This document shows, in pieces, positions 14,201 through 26,231 of a DNA stretch of 64,000 nt. The notes under the pieces were generated by a model. The model was not told the origin of the DNA, ran no database searches, and saw only the letters and a list, made by a program, of their open reading frames with translations. Position 1 is the stretch's first letter. Every line of letters begins with the position of its first letter. This stretch comes from Lingula anatina (Eukaryota; Animalia; Brachiopoda), in contig CM120644.1 in the NCBI GenBank assembly GCA_051362555.1, positions 10,314,567-10,378,566 on the forward strand. Reading direction: 5' to 3'. Both the position numbers and the translations under genes were made by a program.

Positions 14201-14763
14201 GTCTTTGCACGCGCAAGTGAAACTACCCACGGTGTTTACGCATAAAGCATTTTGAGCGCAATTATTTGATGTAATTGTATTCGGAGGAAATGTCGCTGTT
14301 GTTCCTCCAATTATTGCCTGTGTTGATTCAGGTGTAGGCGATGGGGTTGTTGTAATTATACGTACCACTGTTGTTGTCCTTACTGCTGGCCACCAGTTTT
14401 GACGTACATTTGAACCAAATTGGATTAATTGTCTTTTTCTTCTTTTAACATTTCCACGACGCTGTAATTCATTGAGTACGTGAATTTCGCCGATAGATCT
14501 TCGCTTACGATCATTTAAGTCCTGTGATGTAGATGTATTGTTTAGTGCACATTCGTCTATATCCTCACACGTTGTGCCATCACCAGTAAAACCGTTGAGG
14601 CACGTGCAGGTATAGCTACCCACAGTGTTAGCACACGTGGAATTTTCTGCGCAGTTATCGATATCCAGAGAACACTCGTCTATATCATCAACACATTGAT
14701 AACTGCCTATAGTGTTGATACATTGTTGGTTTGGACAAGGGGAATCGGCACATTCGTCGACAT
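1..14763 (-). CDS. Giant coding exon (exon 3) of a secreted multi-cbEGF, fibrillin-like repeat protein; continues past the left edge
   Basis: Acceptor ttattacAG at 14764-14765, phase 1. Reads DVDECADSPCPNQQCINTIGSYQCVD, DIDECSLDIDNCAENSTCANTVGSYTCTCLNGFTGDGTTCE, a split EGF, then ~115 x DVDECALATDDCAENATCANTVGSFTCTCLAGFTGDGTACA, matching the cbEGF consensus D-x-D-E-C...C-x-N-x-x-G-S-F-x-C-x-C. Frameshifts near 85 and 226-230 are probably consensus errors. Confidence 0.9.
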
Positions 14764-14828
14764 CTGTAATAAAACGTTTACCACCAATTGAATATTAATA
14801 TCTGCTGTCTTTCCTATCTTCCTTCTTC

Positions 14829-14829
14829 C

Positions 14830-14877
<48 letters not shown>
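14829..14877. repeat. (TATC)n microsatellite, intronic
   Basis: Directly visible. Confidence 0.95.
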
Positions 14878-14878
<1 letters not shown>

Positions 14879-15089
14879 ACATTATAAAGGCATAATATAA
14901 AATTTAATTTAATTTATTTATTTATTTCTATTTTATGTACATTATTTTAGATTTTACTTGCCCATGTCTAGTAATTTACACTACTTGACATGGGCGAGTA
15001 AAATTCAAATTTGTAAATTGAAAGTGGTCATCTTAAATAACTAATTATCAATATAATGCATATAATGAAAGTAATATATAGCACACATT

Positions 15090-15092
<3 letters not shown>

Positions 15093-15136
<44 letters not shown>
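15093..15136. repeat. (AG)n microsatellite, intronic
   Basis: Directly visible. Confidence 0.95.
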
Positions 15137-15142
<6 letters not shown>

Positions 15143-15150
15143 CCACTAAC

Positions 15151-15351
15151 CTGTACACGTGGTTCCGTCCCCAGTAAATCCGTTTCTACATACACAAGTA
15201 CAACCTGTTGTTGGTGTCTGTACTGGGTTCGGCTGGCACGAGCTGAAGAAAATTGAACACAGGACCCCGTTTCCCAACAGATGGTTGTTGAGGAATAACC
15301 CTGTGTTTGAAACACACTCTGCATTCTCATCGCATGTTTGAGCAGCTGTCA
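15151..15351 (-). CDS. Exon 2 of the giant cbEGF gene: end of signal peptide plus an atypical EGF-like domain
   Basis: Acceptor tgtttcAG (15352-15353) and donor G|GTTAGT (15149-15150), both phase 1. Encodes (L)TAAQTCDENAECVSN...GCTCVCRNGFTGDGTTCT(D) and joins in frame to exon 3. Confidence 0.85.
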
Positions 15352-16052
15352 CTGAAACAGGTCACAGGATATAAAGACTTTATGAAAATATGTTGTATAA
15401 TTTATTTTATGAGAAGGCGACAGATATAGTATTTCAGTAGATTCATGTACAAGCAGAATAAACATCCTGAAATTTGGTTGTGGACTTTATGGCCATTTTG
15501 GTTGGGTATCCCCCGTTTTCCTTGTCGTTGTGAGGAAAAATGGTGCTTCACAGTTACAGGTATGTTTATATTCAAATTTTAAAGAAATGACAAGATGTGA
15601 AATTGCAAAAAGAAAAAAAATGCACCAAAGTAAGTTGATACTGAGATATCAAATTAGGTCAACTGCCATATTATCTTTATCTGCAATATGAATAATTGCC
15701 GCCAAAGTATAAGAGAGTGAAACTGCTTCAGGCTTAAAATTATTGCAATGGACATCGTTAAGGACGGAGTTAGAGGCTATTTATCGATCCAGCTTTATGT
15801 AACGAGCCTTAGTAACGCCCGGATAGCCGACTTTGTGATCCTGCGTTTCTGTGACATGAAAACGAATTTTGACGCTAATCGATCGGTCGAGAGCAGTCGC
15901 GTACAGGTTAATGGCAGACCAGCTGTTCCTAACAACCGCTCGATGTCACCCGTGAGACAAAGGGTGCAATGTTTTTGAAAAGGACTCGGTGATGATGGGA
16001 TCAAACTCAAAACCTCCAGCTCCTGAGGTACTCTAACTACAAGGCATGCACC

Positions 16053-16242
16053 AAGCCCCAGTTTCACAAAAAAAGCTTAAGTCAGTTCCCTGGCTTAGCT
16101 GACTAGGATTTCCATTAGAGTGCTGAAACACTGCTCCTGATAGGTTGAGATGTGCCCACGTGACCATGTAACCTTGCAAACTAAGTTCTTAGCCAGGGAA
16201 CCCGACTTAATTTTTTTTTTTTTGTGTGTGAAACCGGGACCA
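16053..16242. mobile_element. Small MITE, PIF/Harbinger-like non-autonomous
   Basis: Inverted ends cccagtttcacaaaa...ttaagtcagttccctggctta versus tagccagggaacccgacttaa...tgtgaaaccggg. Confidence 0.6.
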
Positions 16243-17699
16243 GGCGATATCACCCAAATGTGTGTATAAATTAATTTACACAGTCAGTTTATTGCATTCT
16301 TAAATGTTCTGAAGATGCACATATATCTTTTTCAAAGCTATTCAACTGTACTTTAGGAATAAAAAAAATATTGATCCTAACCGGCCAGTCTCGGTCCGTC
16401 ATCTCCGATCTACATATGTTATAAATTCAGATGTCTTATATCAAATATACCAAATATATAAAACTGGAATATAGTAACAAGAAAGATAGGTAAACAGCAA
16501 AAGAAAAATAAATCGGACAATAATGATAAATACATAAAATAATAACTGTAATAATTTAATTAATATATAAAATAGAGAGCAACGCCAATAAATGTATGAG
16601 TGTATCAATATATAGTTACTGATCATTTGAGGAGAAAGGACAAAAAATCAATATATATTCAACTTGCATGTACGTGGGAAAACTTGACTCTATCTTAGTG
16701 TTTGAATATAAAGCTCAACGTTGTGAAGAAGGTACTGAGTCATTGGATATCGTGATTGTATAAAAGTCCACCCACAGCGTTGTTAAGATGAAAAATTGCC
16801 AATGCATATTTGCATTTACCTCTATTGCCTCCGGCACGTTAAATAGATAATCTGACTTGGACTGGAAATGTATATTACTCAAAATATAGTCGCGATGGGC
16901 GTATCACGCGCAATTTAGGGAATGGCATGGTCCATGCCACATAAATTATGAAACATGGAGTTAGTTTTCACCAATATCTCGCTGATTGCTTTGTTATAAG
17001 AACTTCAAGGATCAGTCAGTTGCCTAATATTGATCCAGGATCTTGATATTTTCTCGTCTTTTTTTTTTTGGTTTTAATGTGTATTGTCTTCATTGTATGA
17101 AACATATAAAATGTCACACGCAATAAAGTTATATGTTTAAAAAAAGGACTTTTATAGACATACATACCCATTTATATATCGTACTTGATGTATTCCACAG
17201 TAAAACTCTTCAAGAGATTACTGGGGGGGGTAGCCATCTGTGAAGATCCACGTGGGTCGTGGAAGTACAGATTTAGTAGTAATTGCGATAACCGAAATTT
17301 TGATGGAAAGCTGGAATTTACTGCACTTCTTTGTGTTGTTTATAATGTATTTATTGTACAGTTTCATATAATCCCTTTAACTTCGTGTATTACAGACAGC
17401 GAAACGGGACGAAGTCATACGATATCCGTGCATAATGGAATGTGATGCGCATAACTCACGTGGAAGACTACAATTGCAAAAAAAAAATGTTAAATTTATT
17501 ACCTTAAATATACTTCAAAAGTGAGAGCACAGTCATCCATACAACACTGTCACCAGTGTCCTACAAACTCAAATAAAACTACGCATGCCAATTATAAAGT
17601 CAGCCGACAAAACGGCTTTTAACGACATCTTCTGGTCGCGTAATCGATCTATTTATCCCGCACCTCTAGCTCGTTACGGAATTAAAAGACGATAAGAAA

Positions 17700-18540
17700 T
17701 TCCAATTTATGCCACAGGTGCTCAGTAGGATTAATATCAGGGCTCAAAGACGGTTGTCCCATCCTCAGAGCCCTGTGTTTCTGCAACAAATCCTTTGCCA
17801 GACGAGAGCGGTGAGCAAGCGCGTTGTCACAATGAAGCCAGTAGCATCCCTGAAGTCACCTCTTGCAAATGGAGTGAGATTTCTGTTGAGAATGTTACAT
17901 TAAAATGCCCCTGTTAGGTTTTGTTCCAGAAGGAACAATGTACTAATACCATGGGCTTGGAATGTTCTCCAAGTGCAGATTGATCTAACACCTCAGGCGA
18001 TATTACCCTACACACACCCTTCCAAGAAGCATTTTTCACATGTTTATGGACCCTCTTTGACCATCGATGGGATACAAGAAATAATTTGATTCTGCATTAA
18101 ACTTGACTTCCTTCCAGTGATGGATGGCCAGGTTCAGGTGCCTGTGGGATCACTGAACGTAGCATTCTCAGCTGATATCTCATTCCATCCTCAAGAACTG
18201 ACTTTGGGGTTAACTCCAGGCTTTATCGTGACTGCACACTTACTCACACCTCTCGCCTGGCAAATGTTTGTTGAAGAAACACAATGGTCTAAGGATGGAA
18301 CCACCATCTTTGAGCCCTGATATTAAACTTACTAATCAACTGTGACATGAATTGGAGTGTGCAATGCAAAGGAGAACCAACCCCATAAAAACGTGGACCA
18401 ACTCCCCCAACTTGTTTAAGAAGAATGGGACAATATCCCACAAAATAGAATTGTAACCCGTGTTGAAGGCTTGTCGCGCCGTCTACAGGAGATAATTGCA
18501 GTACGCGGTAGACGCACATGCTGTTAGGCACGTGATCTTT
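17700..18540 (+). mobile_element. Decayed Tc1/mariner transposase remnant in intron 1 of the cbEGF gene
   Basis: Degenerate MEPPSLSPDIKLTNQL (cf. WPSxSPDLNPIENLW) at ~18295-18345, followed by an EEWDNIPQ-type C-terminus; multiple stops. Confidence 0.6.
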
Positions 18541-19204
18541 AACGAGCACACTCTAATGCTAATTGTGTGTGAATTTGGTAACATTTGATGGCCTCTTTTC
18601 AATTTTATAGACATTTCTTTACATCTGTAGAAGTCACAGTGAAACAGTCGATTTGAGGGGGTATCTCTTATAAATTTTACTAAATGGTATAAAATGTGTA
18701 TATTTTCACCACTACTTTGTATTTTTTTAAACCATTAATCATGTTAGACACGGTATCCGTAATAAAAAGCACTATTTTTAACAGTTCACAGCTGTGAGGT
18801 GATCATTTGTAAATAAAAGTACATGGAAATGGGGGTGGGACAACCTTTTTGACCAATGCTGTATATGTAAATGTAAATACATTTTTTATTTGAAAATATA
18901 ACTGTTAAAGAATGTTTACTCCTAACGTTGCTGCATCTGTTTGTTTTTGCATTGTACTCACTCACCAGCGTTTTACATTGAAGGAATAGATGACACCGGA
19001 CTTTGATTAAACACTAGACATTAAATGTTATCTACAGGTTGTTATGCCCGAGTAACAAACATGGCATATGAATAAAAACATATGCAGAAATTGATAAAAT
19101 TGAATGAAAAAAGAACAGATTTGTCCCAAAAGTCGAATAATAAAGAATATATGAAAGTTACCAAAAGCTATGTACTTTTTATCACGAAAGATGAAACTAC
19201 TTAC

Positions 19205-19244
19205 ACGTGAATAAAATGGTCAGTAACAAGATGCTTAGCGGCAT
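19205..19244 (-). CDS. First coding exon (signal peptide) of the giant cbEGF gene
   Basis: ATG at 19244 gives MPLSILLLTILFT, then T|GTAAGT (phase 1). Splicing to exon 2 gives MPLSILLLTILFTLTAA-QTCDENAEC, a typical signal peptide with small residues (T, A) at -3/-1. Confidence 0.75.
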
Positions 19245-20149
19245 CGTCTTCACTCTGCCCCGTCGCTTCATACCATTAAACCTGGACCCAGGACATTCGC
19301 ACTTTTATTTACGACCTTATCTGTTTAGCCCTTGGCATTGGTCACGTTTTCTATATTACACACGATACGAGGACATCATACAAAACTGCGCGCCATTTTT
19401 AATGTAATATTAAGTGAAAACGAGGTCATTCAAGGTTCTGCGCATTATGTGTTTGGTGCATGTCGGTTATGCAGATTTTAGATTTGGCGGGGAAATCACA
19501 GATTGGGTGTCTACAAACATAATGTAATGACGTTCACATTTAATGGCCTCAACAATCGTTGGTGTGGCATCCAAGAATAACTGTTTAAAAATATTTAAAT
19601 GTCAGTTAACCATTTAATCTTTCAAGGTACATTGTGTTACAGTGCTTTATTAACTTAAAACACCAATGATGTATACTATTCTTTTGATCAATTCCCCGAC
19701 AGACGACTATAGAATTGCCATTCAAAATTAATGGTAGCAATTTGGATATAATTACTGCTGAAGCATGGCGAACAAGAGAAGAAATACACCAGTGAGAAAG
19801 GATAATCGGCCGAAAAAGGAGATGAATGTGCTTTGCACCAGAAAATATTTATGAAATTTGTGATATTTATGACTAACACACTTTGGTATCTTCCAAATAT
19901 TGAAAGGAAAAGTTGAATGCAAGTATGCCTTTGGCAAATGGTGACCATTCCTCAAAGTGCCACTTAATTATAAGTCTTAAATTTGATTAAGTATTTATGT
20001 AATGTCGCTTAGTTAAGTTCTTAGATGACTGAATAATTTATTAACCAATTGATTAATCCGGTTATTAATTTATCTTTTAAACAGTACTTAAATGCACAAT
20101 AAGATCCCAAATATTAAGTTTTTACCTGAATGAATTTAGGCCAACTCTC

Positions 20150-20153
<4 letters not shown>

Positions 20154-20221
<68 letters not shown>
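20154..20221. repeat. (TA)n microsatellite
   Basis: Directly visible. Confidence 0.95.
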
Positions 20222-20223
<2 letters not shown>

Positions 20224-21871
20224 AAAGAAAGGGCTTCAAAATTTAGTTCCCATTAGTTCTGGTGTATGAATACATATGGGTTATCAGATATTTCGTCAAG
20301 CTGCAACTTTGAACTGGTGGGAGTGGGCAAACATTGGCTCGCCATGCGGTTGCAACACTGATGTATATAATGCACGGATCTGTGTTTTATCATTACATCA
20401 TTATGCTTTGCGCTGTAATGTGTGTTTCTAAAAATGTATTCTCTTATTTTCCTGAACTACATGTAGCATATTTAAAACTGTATCGAGAGCGAATGAAATT
20501 CTCCGCATTCTTTATCTGAATGGAATTTTGAGAAACAGCCTGCACTAATCCCGTGCCAAGCCTGAGCTGGAAAACATACTGACCGCGTTGCACCTTAGCT
20601 GGGTCATGGTGCCCTTCGCAGTGACGTATCATTTCACACAAATGGTTTTGTAATCACAATTTATGACTTCTGTGATATCTCCCTTTTCCCTTATCACACG
20701 GTACATCAATTAGTTTTCGCACACAGCAAAAGGGTGTGAGATTATCTAAAACGGTGACTTGGCTATAGAATTATCGGTGGACCCCAAGGGTCCAACCTTT
20801 AGGGCTGGACACGGCTAATATCAGAACTAGAGCAATGTTATGCTTTCTCGTGCACATAAAACAACCAATCAACCATCCTTGGGTATAAGATTTCCATCAA
20901 ACAACGTACAGTGTGTCATTCTACAAAGCTACGCCTAAAAATTGAAAAAATAATTTAAGATAAACGACTTCTGTACTCATACGTTTTATTTTCTAGTTAA
21001 AATTTAGAAAGAATTAAATCACTACACTATATTTGCATTTACTGACATTCAACAGGTTAGTGTTAATTTATGTGAGAACGTCCCACCTCAGTTCAATAAT
21101 GTGCCATTGTTCACATGTAAGGGAATTAACGAACATTCCCATACCTGATTTTGCTTCTACCGATTTGAATGTTTTTATTTTCTTTCTAATTGGATAGGCG
21201 CAAATACAGGCTATAATGTAATTGATAGCCAACATTATTTAAGCTAACTTTTGATGAGACCTAATTATTAATAAATAAACAACACTTGTGCCAAACTAAT
21301 TGCGCAGGGAGTGGTTGGTAAATGATCCATACCGTAGTCTGGAAACGGTTTGAAAATCTTCGGATACCAAATCAGCAGATATGTGCATTGTTTTGCAAGC
21401 GACACTGGGAAACAAGTACAGACTTGCATAATTTGTGTGTTTACACTGTGGGTGGCAAATGACGGCATCTTCCCAGAGGCATGAGGAAGCAAGGACTGTC
21501 GGTTTATATTAAGCTATAAGTCAAGTAGGGCAGCGTCATGTGGTTCACGGGTTTATTTATCAGCCGGATTTCGGCAACGCCCAGGAAGCAGAAAGTGTGA
21601 CGTAAATGAGCAGAAATGCGTGTATCAGATATTTTCCTATATGCACCCGGATACCTTCTTTAACTTTGAACACACAAATGTAATAAATATAAGGCCGAAG
21701 ACCCAATAATATAAGAGAACTAAAGTATTCATCTGCCCTCTTTCTCTGCCATTGCCGTTTGTGAACGCCATACAAATTTGTCATAGCTCTGTATATATGT
21801 GCATATTGTGAGAAAAGAAACGAACACATTTAATAATCCAACTAACGTCAGTACACAAATACAAGTAGCTA

Positions 21872-22617
21872 CCCAGTGGGATAATTATGTTGTTTTAACG
21901 TTGAAACAACGTTGAACCTTAACGTTGAGAAGTCATTGGATAAACTTTGGATTTGAAAGTTGTGTCAACCTCAGATAACAACGTTGTATCAACGTCAGAA
22001 AACAATGTTATATCAACCCCACCCAGCAGGAAATTAGCCTGGATGTGTTTAGCAGTAGGACATTTTTGATGGCTAAATATATGTAGGGTATAAATGTATG
22101 GCCTTTAAGTTAAATTTTCCAAGGTTTAGATTAATATGTAGTGTTCTTTTCTTATTTATATATATATAACAAAGTCACAGTTACCTCAACCTGTCTTTCT
22201 ATAATAGCAGGTTACCAAGAACTGTAAACTACATCATCTTTACAGCAACTTATTCATCCTAGTGTTAGCTGACCTTGCAAGCAATTCAGTTTATTGGAAT
22301 GTATTTCTGAATAACAAGTTAAGAAAATTCACTAGTTAACTAAAGACACAAAACAACTGTCACTTTTACTTTAAAACCGTTTTGTTATTATTTTGATGAA
22401 TTTAGTTACATTATTGATAAACAAAGTATCACGTTTTCAATAATTAATATTTTAAATTACAATCCATAACTGCAAAGTTGTGTCATTGACCAAAATACAA
22501 CGTTGAGTCAACGTGGCTGGATCAACGTTGATTTTACCTTGAATTTAGGTAGAGCAACGGCAATTCAACGTATCAACCTGTTTTCAACGTTGATCCAACG
22601 CAACTATGCCTGCTGGG
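21872..22617. mobile_element. Non-autonomous DNA transposon (EnSpm/CACTA-like, CCCAG...CTGGG ends)
   Basis: TA|CCCAG...CTGGG|TA termini, with clustered subterminal CAACGTTG palindromes at both ends. Confidence 0.65.
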
Positions 22618-22940
22618 TATGTCCGAACCAGTTATGTGCCAATGTTCTGTGTACTAGGGAAGACCGCTAGTCCCTGACTATATACTCATAAATATTACTT
22701 TGGACAAACGCTACAAACATTGAAACGCATATCAATAAGTATGCCACAAGACCTAAAACGGAAAATCATCGGCAGCTCAGAGGGATTTGCGAAACAGACA
22801 GAAATCGCACACCGACTGGGTGCAATACAAAATACGTATGCTGTCTATGTATAAAAAGAATCAGAATCATGGTCATGTATGGGGGTTTACCGGCCTTGAC
22901 CGCCGCTATCTGTCTCTCATACAGAAACAAAGAGTCTCCG

Positions 22941-23298
22941 CCCGCACGAAAATGCAGTAGTATCGAAGTAGCAAAAAAGCATTAACGCAGTTGTGGTGTG
23001 GAGCATATTTGCAGTAGAATTGCAGCATAGCCTACTGCAATTCTACTCCAAAGAGTACATAGGTTTGTACAGAGAGAAGCATTAATGCAGTAGATTAGCA
23101 GCATGATAGAAGCATGTTTCAAATATGCTAATTAGCTCCCAAATCGAAGCAGATTTGAAGCATGTTCTGTACAAACCTATGTACTTTTTGGAGTAGAATT
23201 GCAGTAGGCTATACTGCATTTCTACTGCAAATATGCTCCAAACCACTACTGCGTTAATGTTTCTTTACTACTTCGATACTACTGCATTTTCCTGCGGG
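22941..23298. mobile_element. Palindromic MITE with ~130-bp TIRs (CCCGCA...TGCGGG)
   Basis: 22941-23073 is the near reverse complement of 23167-23298. A partial second copy lies at ~50710-50765. Confidence 0.8.
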
Positions 23299-23731
23299 AA
23301 GGATGACCATTCTATCCTTGCCGGCCCTCATCAGAAATCATGATGGAGATGTGTAGACTTGTCACGGTGTGCTGGCTACCTATAACTACCCAGCTATCGG
23401 GTGTACATATTTCATACAGCCGAGCCTAGGTCGAAGAAAATACCTGAAAGACAAAATTTTAAGCAATGTGTCAGTTTGAAACAAAGGGCCAAATAGTTCC
23501 TTTAGTCGACTTGCAAACACACTGCAAAAACAGAACTGCACTGTTCACACAAATTATCATTTTGAACTCACATTTCACATAGTTGAAGAACAAGACAAGC
23601 ATATTTGCCTTTAACAATGATTTTAAACAAATCAACTTCGAATTATTTTCCATTCATTGCAGTTCAGACAGTTCTGAATAATGGTAAATATGTTTGTGGT
23701 AATTACGACGTTGATTGTATTATCTATGTAA

Positions 23732-24105
23732 TTAGAGAGAGCCGTAGAAAAGGGCTGTCTTTTTATCTTCCATGTCAAAATAAAAATGTTCACAGCCATA
23801 TACGAACTCCTCCATTCTAATAATGCCATTTTGGTTGCGGTCAACGGTGTTGAAAAGTTCCTCTGTCGGAAAGGCGTTTCTTGATATCTCTAGGAATTTG
23901 GAGTACTCCCCAGCAGACAAAGATGTGGAACCAGTCTAAACACCAATCCAACTCAAGGCCATCCAGTGTCACATAACGAATATCCGTTCCAAATAACTAA
24001 GGCCACCTGCCCAGGTCAATTGACTGTTCCACGCTGGATATATCTCCACCCAACCATTTCTGCCATGCTTTGCTCATTATTTCATGTATAGCCTTGGCCC
24101 TCCTC
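23732..24105 (-). pseudogene. Truncated SCP-like EF-hand pseudogene (copy A)
   Basis: RAKAIHEIMSKAWQKW...GRWP*LFGTD...DWCLDWFHI, then the EF3 loop is deleted, then SAGEYSKFLEISRN...DRNQNGIIRMEEFVYGCEHFYFDMEDKKTALFYGSL*. The 5' part is missing. Confidence 0.85.
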
Positions 24106-25287
24106 TCTCCTTGGATTTTAAATCTGCTGGGTTTTAATTTTACCTCTGACACACGCACATGCACACACATATTAATCAAGGCTACCAAAATGGTGTAAGA
24201 TATATTTAAACATTGAAAAGGTGTAAGTCAAAAGTTCCACATCTATCCTCATTAGATCGACTGAAATATCAGCGATGTAGATTCAATGTCATCAATTAAA
24301 ATAATATGGCACTGGCAATAGATTTAATAACTGTATTCCTTGGTATACAAGTTAATAGGATCAATTTGGATGACACATTTGCAATTAGGCTGACAGAATG
24401 AACACCAAGATATTTTAATATCTCGTCTAACTCAAATGTCCAGCTCTTACGAGATTTTCCTTGTTTTTTAAAAGGCAATGTCTAGTGTATACCTCACACG
24501 AGTGCTGTTTAAAACAAGGGCTAAGCCTATACCAGGTTGCAAATTACCCTCCTTAAAGGCTAAAAAATGAAGAGATTTTTACTGTGGCGTTGAAACACAT
24601 GCAACGATAAGGACTGTTCATCAAATATCAAAAGAAAAAAATCAAGGCCCGTCTAATGGTCATCTTTCGATCTGCAAAATAAAGCCATATGACACCCGAT
24701 GAATTCAGCGATGGTAAGCTACAATTCTTCCCTGCAAACATTCCTATATGTTTTACTATGAAGCAGTGGGTAGCAGAATTCGAGCGAGGAAGAGTAGACA
24801 GAAGCACTTATATAAATATTGATGGAATCTTAAGGACTGATAAAACTTTGGAAGACTTGGCCTGGGGTTCGGGGCCCGTCGAAGGGTCCCAGAAAATTTT
24901 TGGTACTTAAAGGGCCAACGGTGCCATTTGATAGGGTTTAGAACTATGATTCAGCTAGTCAAAATTATGATTTCAAGAGGGTACCAAAAATCGAAGGGGG
25001 TCAGGACCCTCAAACCCCTCTAAATCCGCCACTGCACTATGAATGTCTTTGCCCCCCCCCCCCCCCCACACACAAATACACAACATGCTAATCTAATTTT
25101 TCGTGTTCTGCAAAAGTGACCAACATATTAAAATAACACTTACTTTATAAGGATTCATTTATTCTTCACTGCTTCAGACTGGAAATAAAGGCCATTTCTT
25201 TTCTATTCTTGAACATTCTGAATAAAGCTGTATACTTGTAAGTATATTTATGTGGTAATAAGGAACCACCTTGAATTTTGCAATTAT

Positions 25288-26231
25288 TTAGGTCTCAAGA
25301 GAACCGTAAAATAAGACTGAGCTATTCTCTTCCATGCCGTAATAAAATGATTCACAACCATGTAAAAACTCTTCTGCACTTATAATTGCATTTTTGTTTA
25401 GGTCAGCAGCATTGAAGAGTTCTTCCGGTGGCAAGGTATTACGAAATATTACTAGAAATTTGGAATATTCCTGTAGAGACATTCCTTCACCGCAGTCTTC
25501 ATCAAGAATGTGGAACCAGTCCAGACAAAAGTCCAAATCACTTTCATCCAATGTCACATTAAGGAGGTCCTTTTCAAGCAACTCAATCCACCTGTTGAGA
25601 TTTATTACTTGCTCCAAGTTGGACGGGTTGCTGTCGAACCACAACGGCCAAGATTTGCTCATTAGTCCATATAGTGCTTTGGCCCTCCACGACAAGAGAA
25701 CACGCTGGGCTCTCTTTGCCACTTCATCCACGTACTCTTCTTTGCGCACCACGCCGTCCTTGTTGACATCTATGATTCTAAACCAGGCAGCCTGTTTCTC
25801 CTTCCAAAGTTCTGATACTTGTTGACTTTGAGGAATCTATTGAAGATTGAGATATATATATATATATTACTAATCTATGAATCTAATGCTGTTACTTATT
25901 CACAGATGCAACTGAAAAAAGTTTTGTAAAATAGTAGTAGTTTGGCAATTGGAGCTCCAACCAAACAAATGATATATTTTTTAAAATGACAAATTCAAAA
26001 ATGACAAATACAAATAATTTCCAAAAAAGGCATATCTTCCCGATGACAGATTATTATACCATATATGCGTTTCTTATTGTTTTTTAGTTAGGTAAATGAA
26101 AATATTAAATAAATTATATATAACAAATGCATATTAAGATGGAAACCAACCTTATCAGTTTTCAGTTCGACACTGTCACCATTAAAGACAATGAGAAGAA
26201 CAATGACATTGAGTGGATTCGACATATGCAT
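25288..26231 (-). CDS. Secreted SCP-like EF-hand protein, copy B (exons 26151-26231 and 25288-25836)
   Basis: Leader exon MHMSNPLNVIVLLIVFNGDSVELKTDK|GTTGGT. Main exon IPQSQQVSELWKEKQAAWFRIIDVNKDGVVRKEE...FYGSLET*. It resembles annelid SCP (SDLWVQK...FWGPL) and has three EF loops. Confidence 0.85.

Noticed and set aside
222-14255. 4677-aa plus-strand ORF
   Set aside because: Antisense shadow of the 123-bp repeat: one stop-free unit repeated gives a giant ORF. It has no recognisable domain, whereas the minus frame is a perfect cbEGF.
16441-16626. Hydrophobic short ORF as a leader or membrane peptide
   Set aside because: AT-rich intronic composition with no phase-compatible splice sites; a better leader exon exists at 19205-19244.
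17490-19030. Additional candidate exons with GT donors (~17502, ~18965)
   Set aside because: They do not give an open phase-1 join to exon 2 (stop codon or incompatible phase).
1-19244. Naming the gene fibrillin (FBN) or Notch
   Set aside because: No TB/8-Cys, hybrid or LNR domains are visible, so orthology cannot be claimed.
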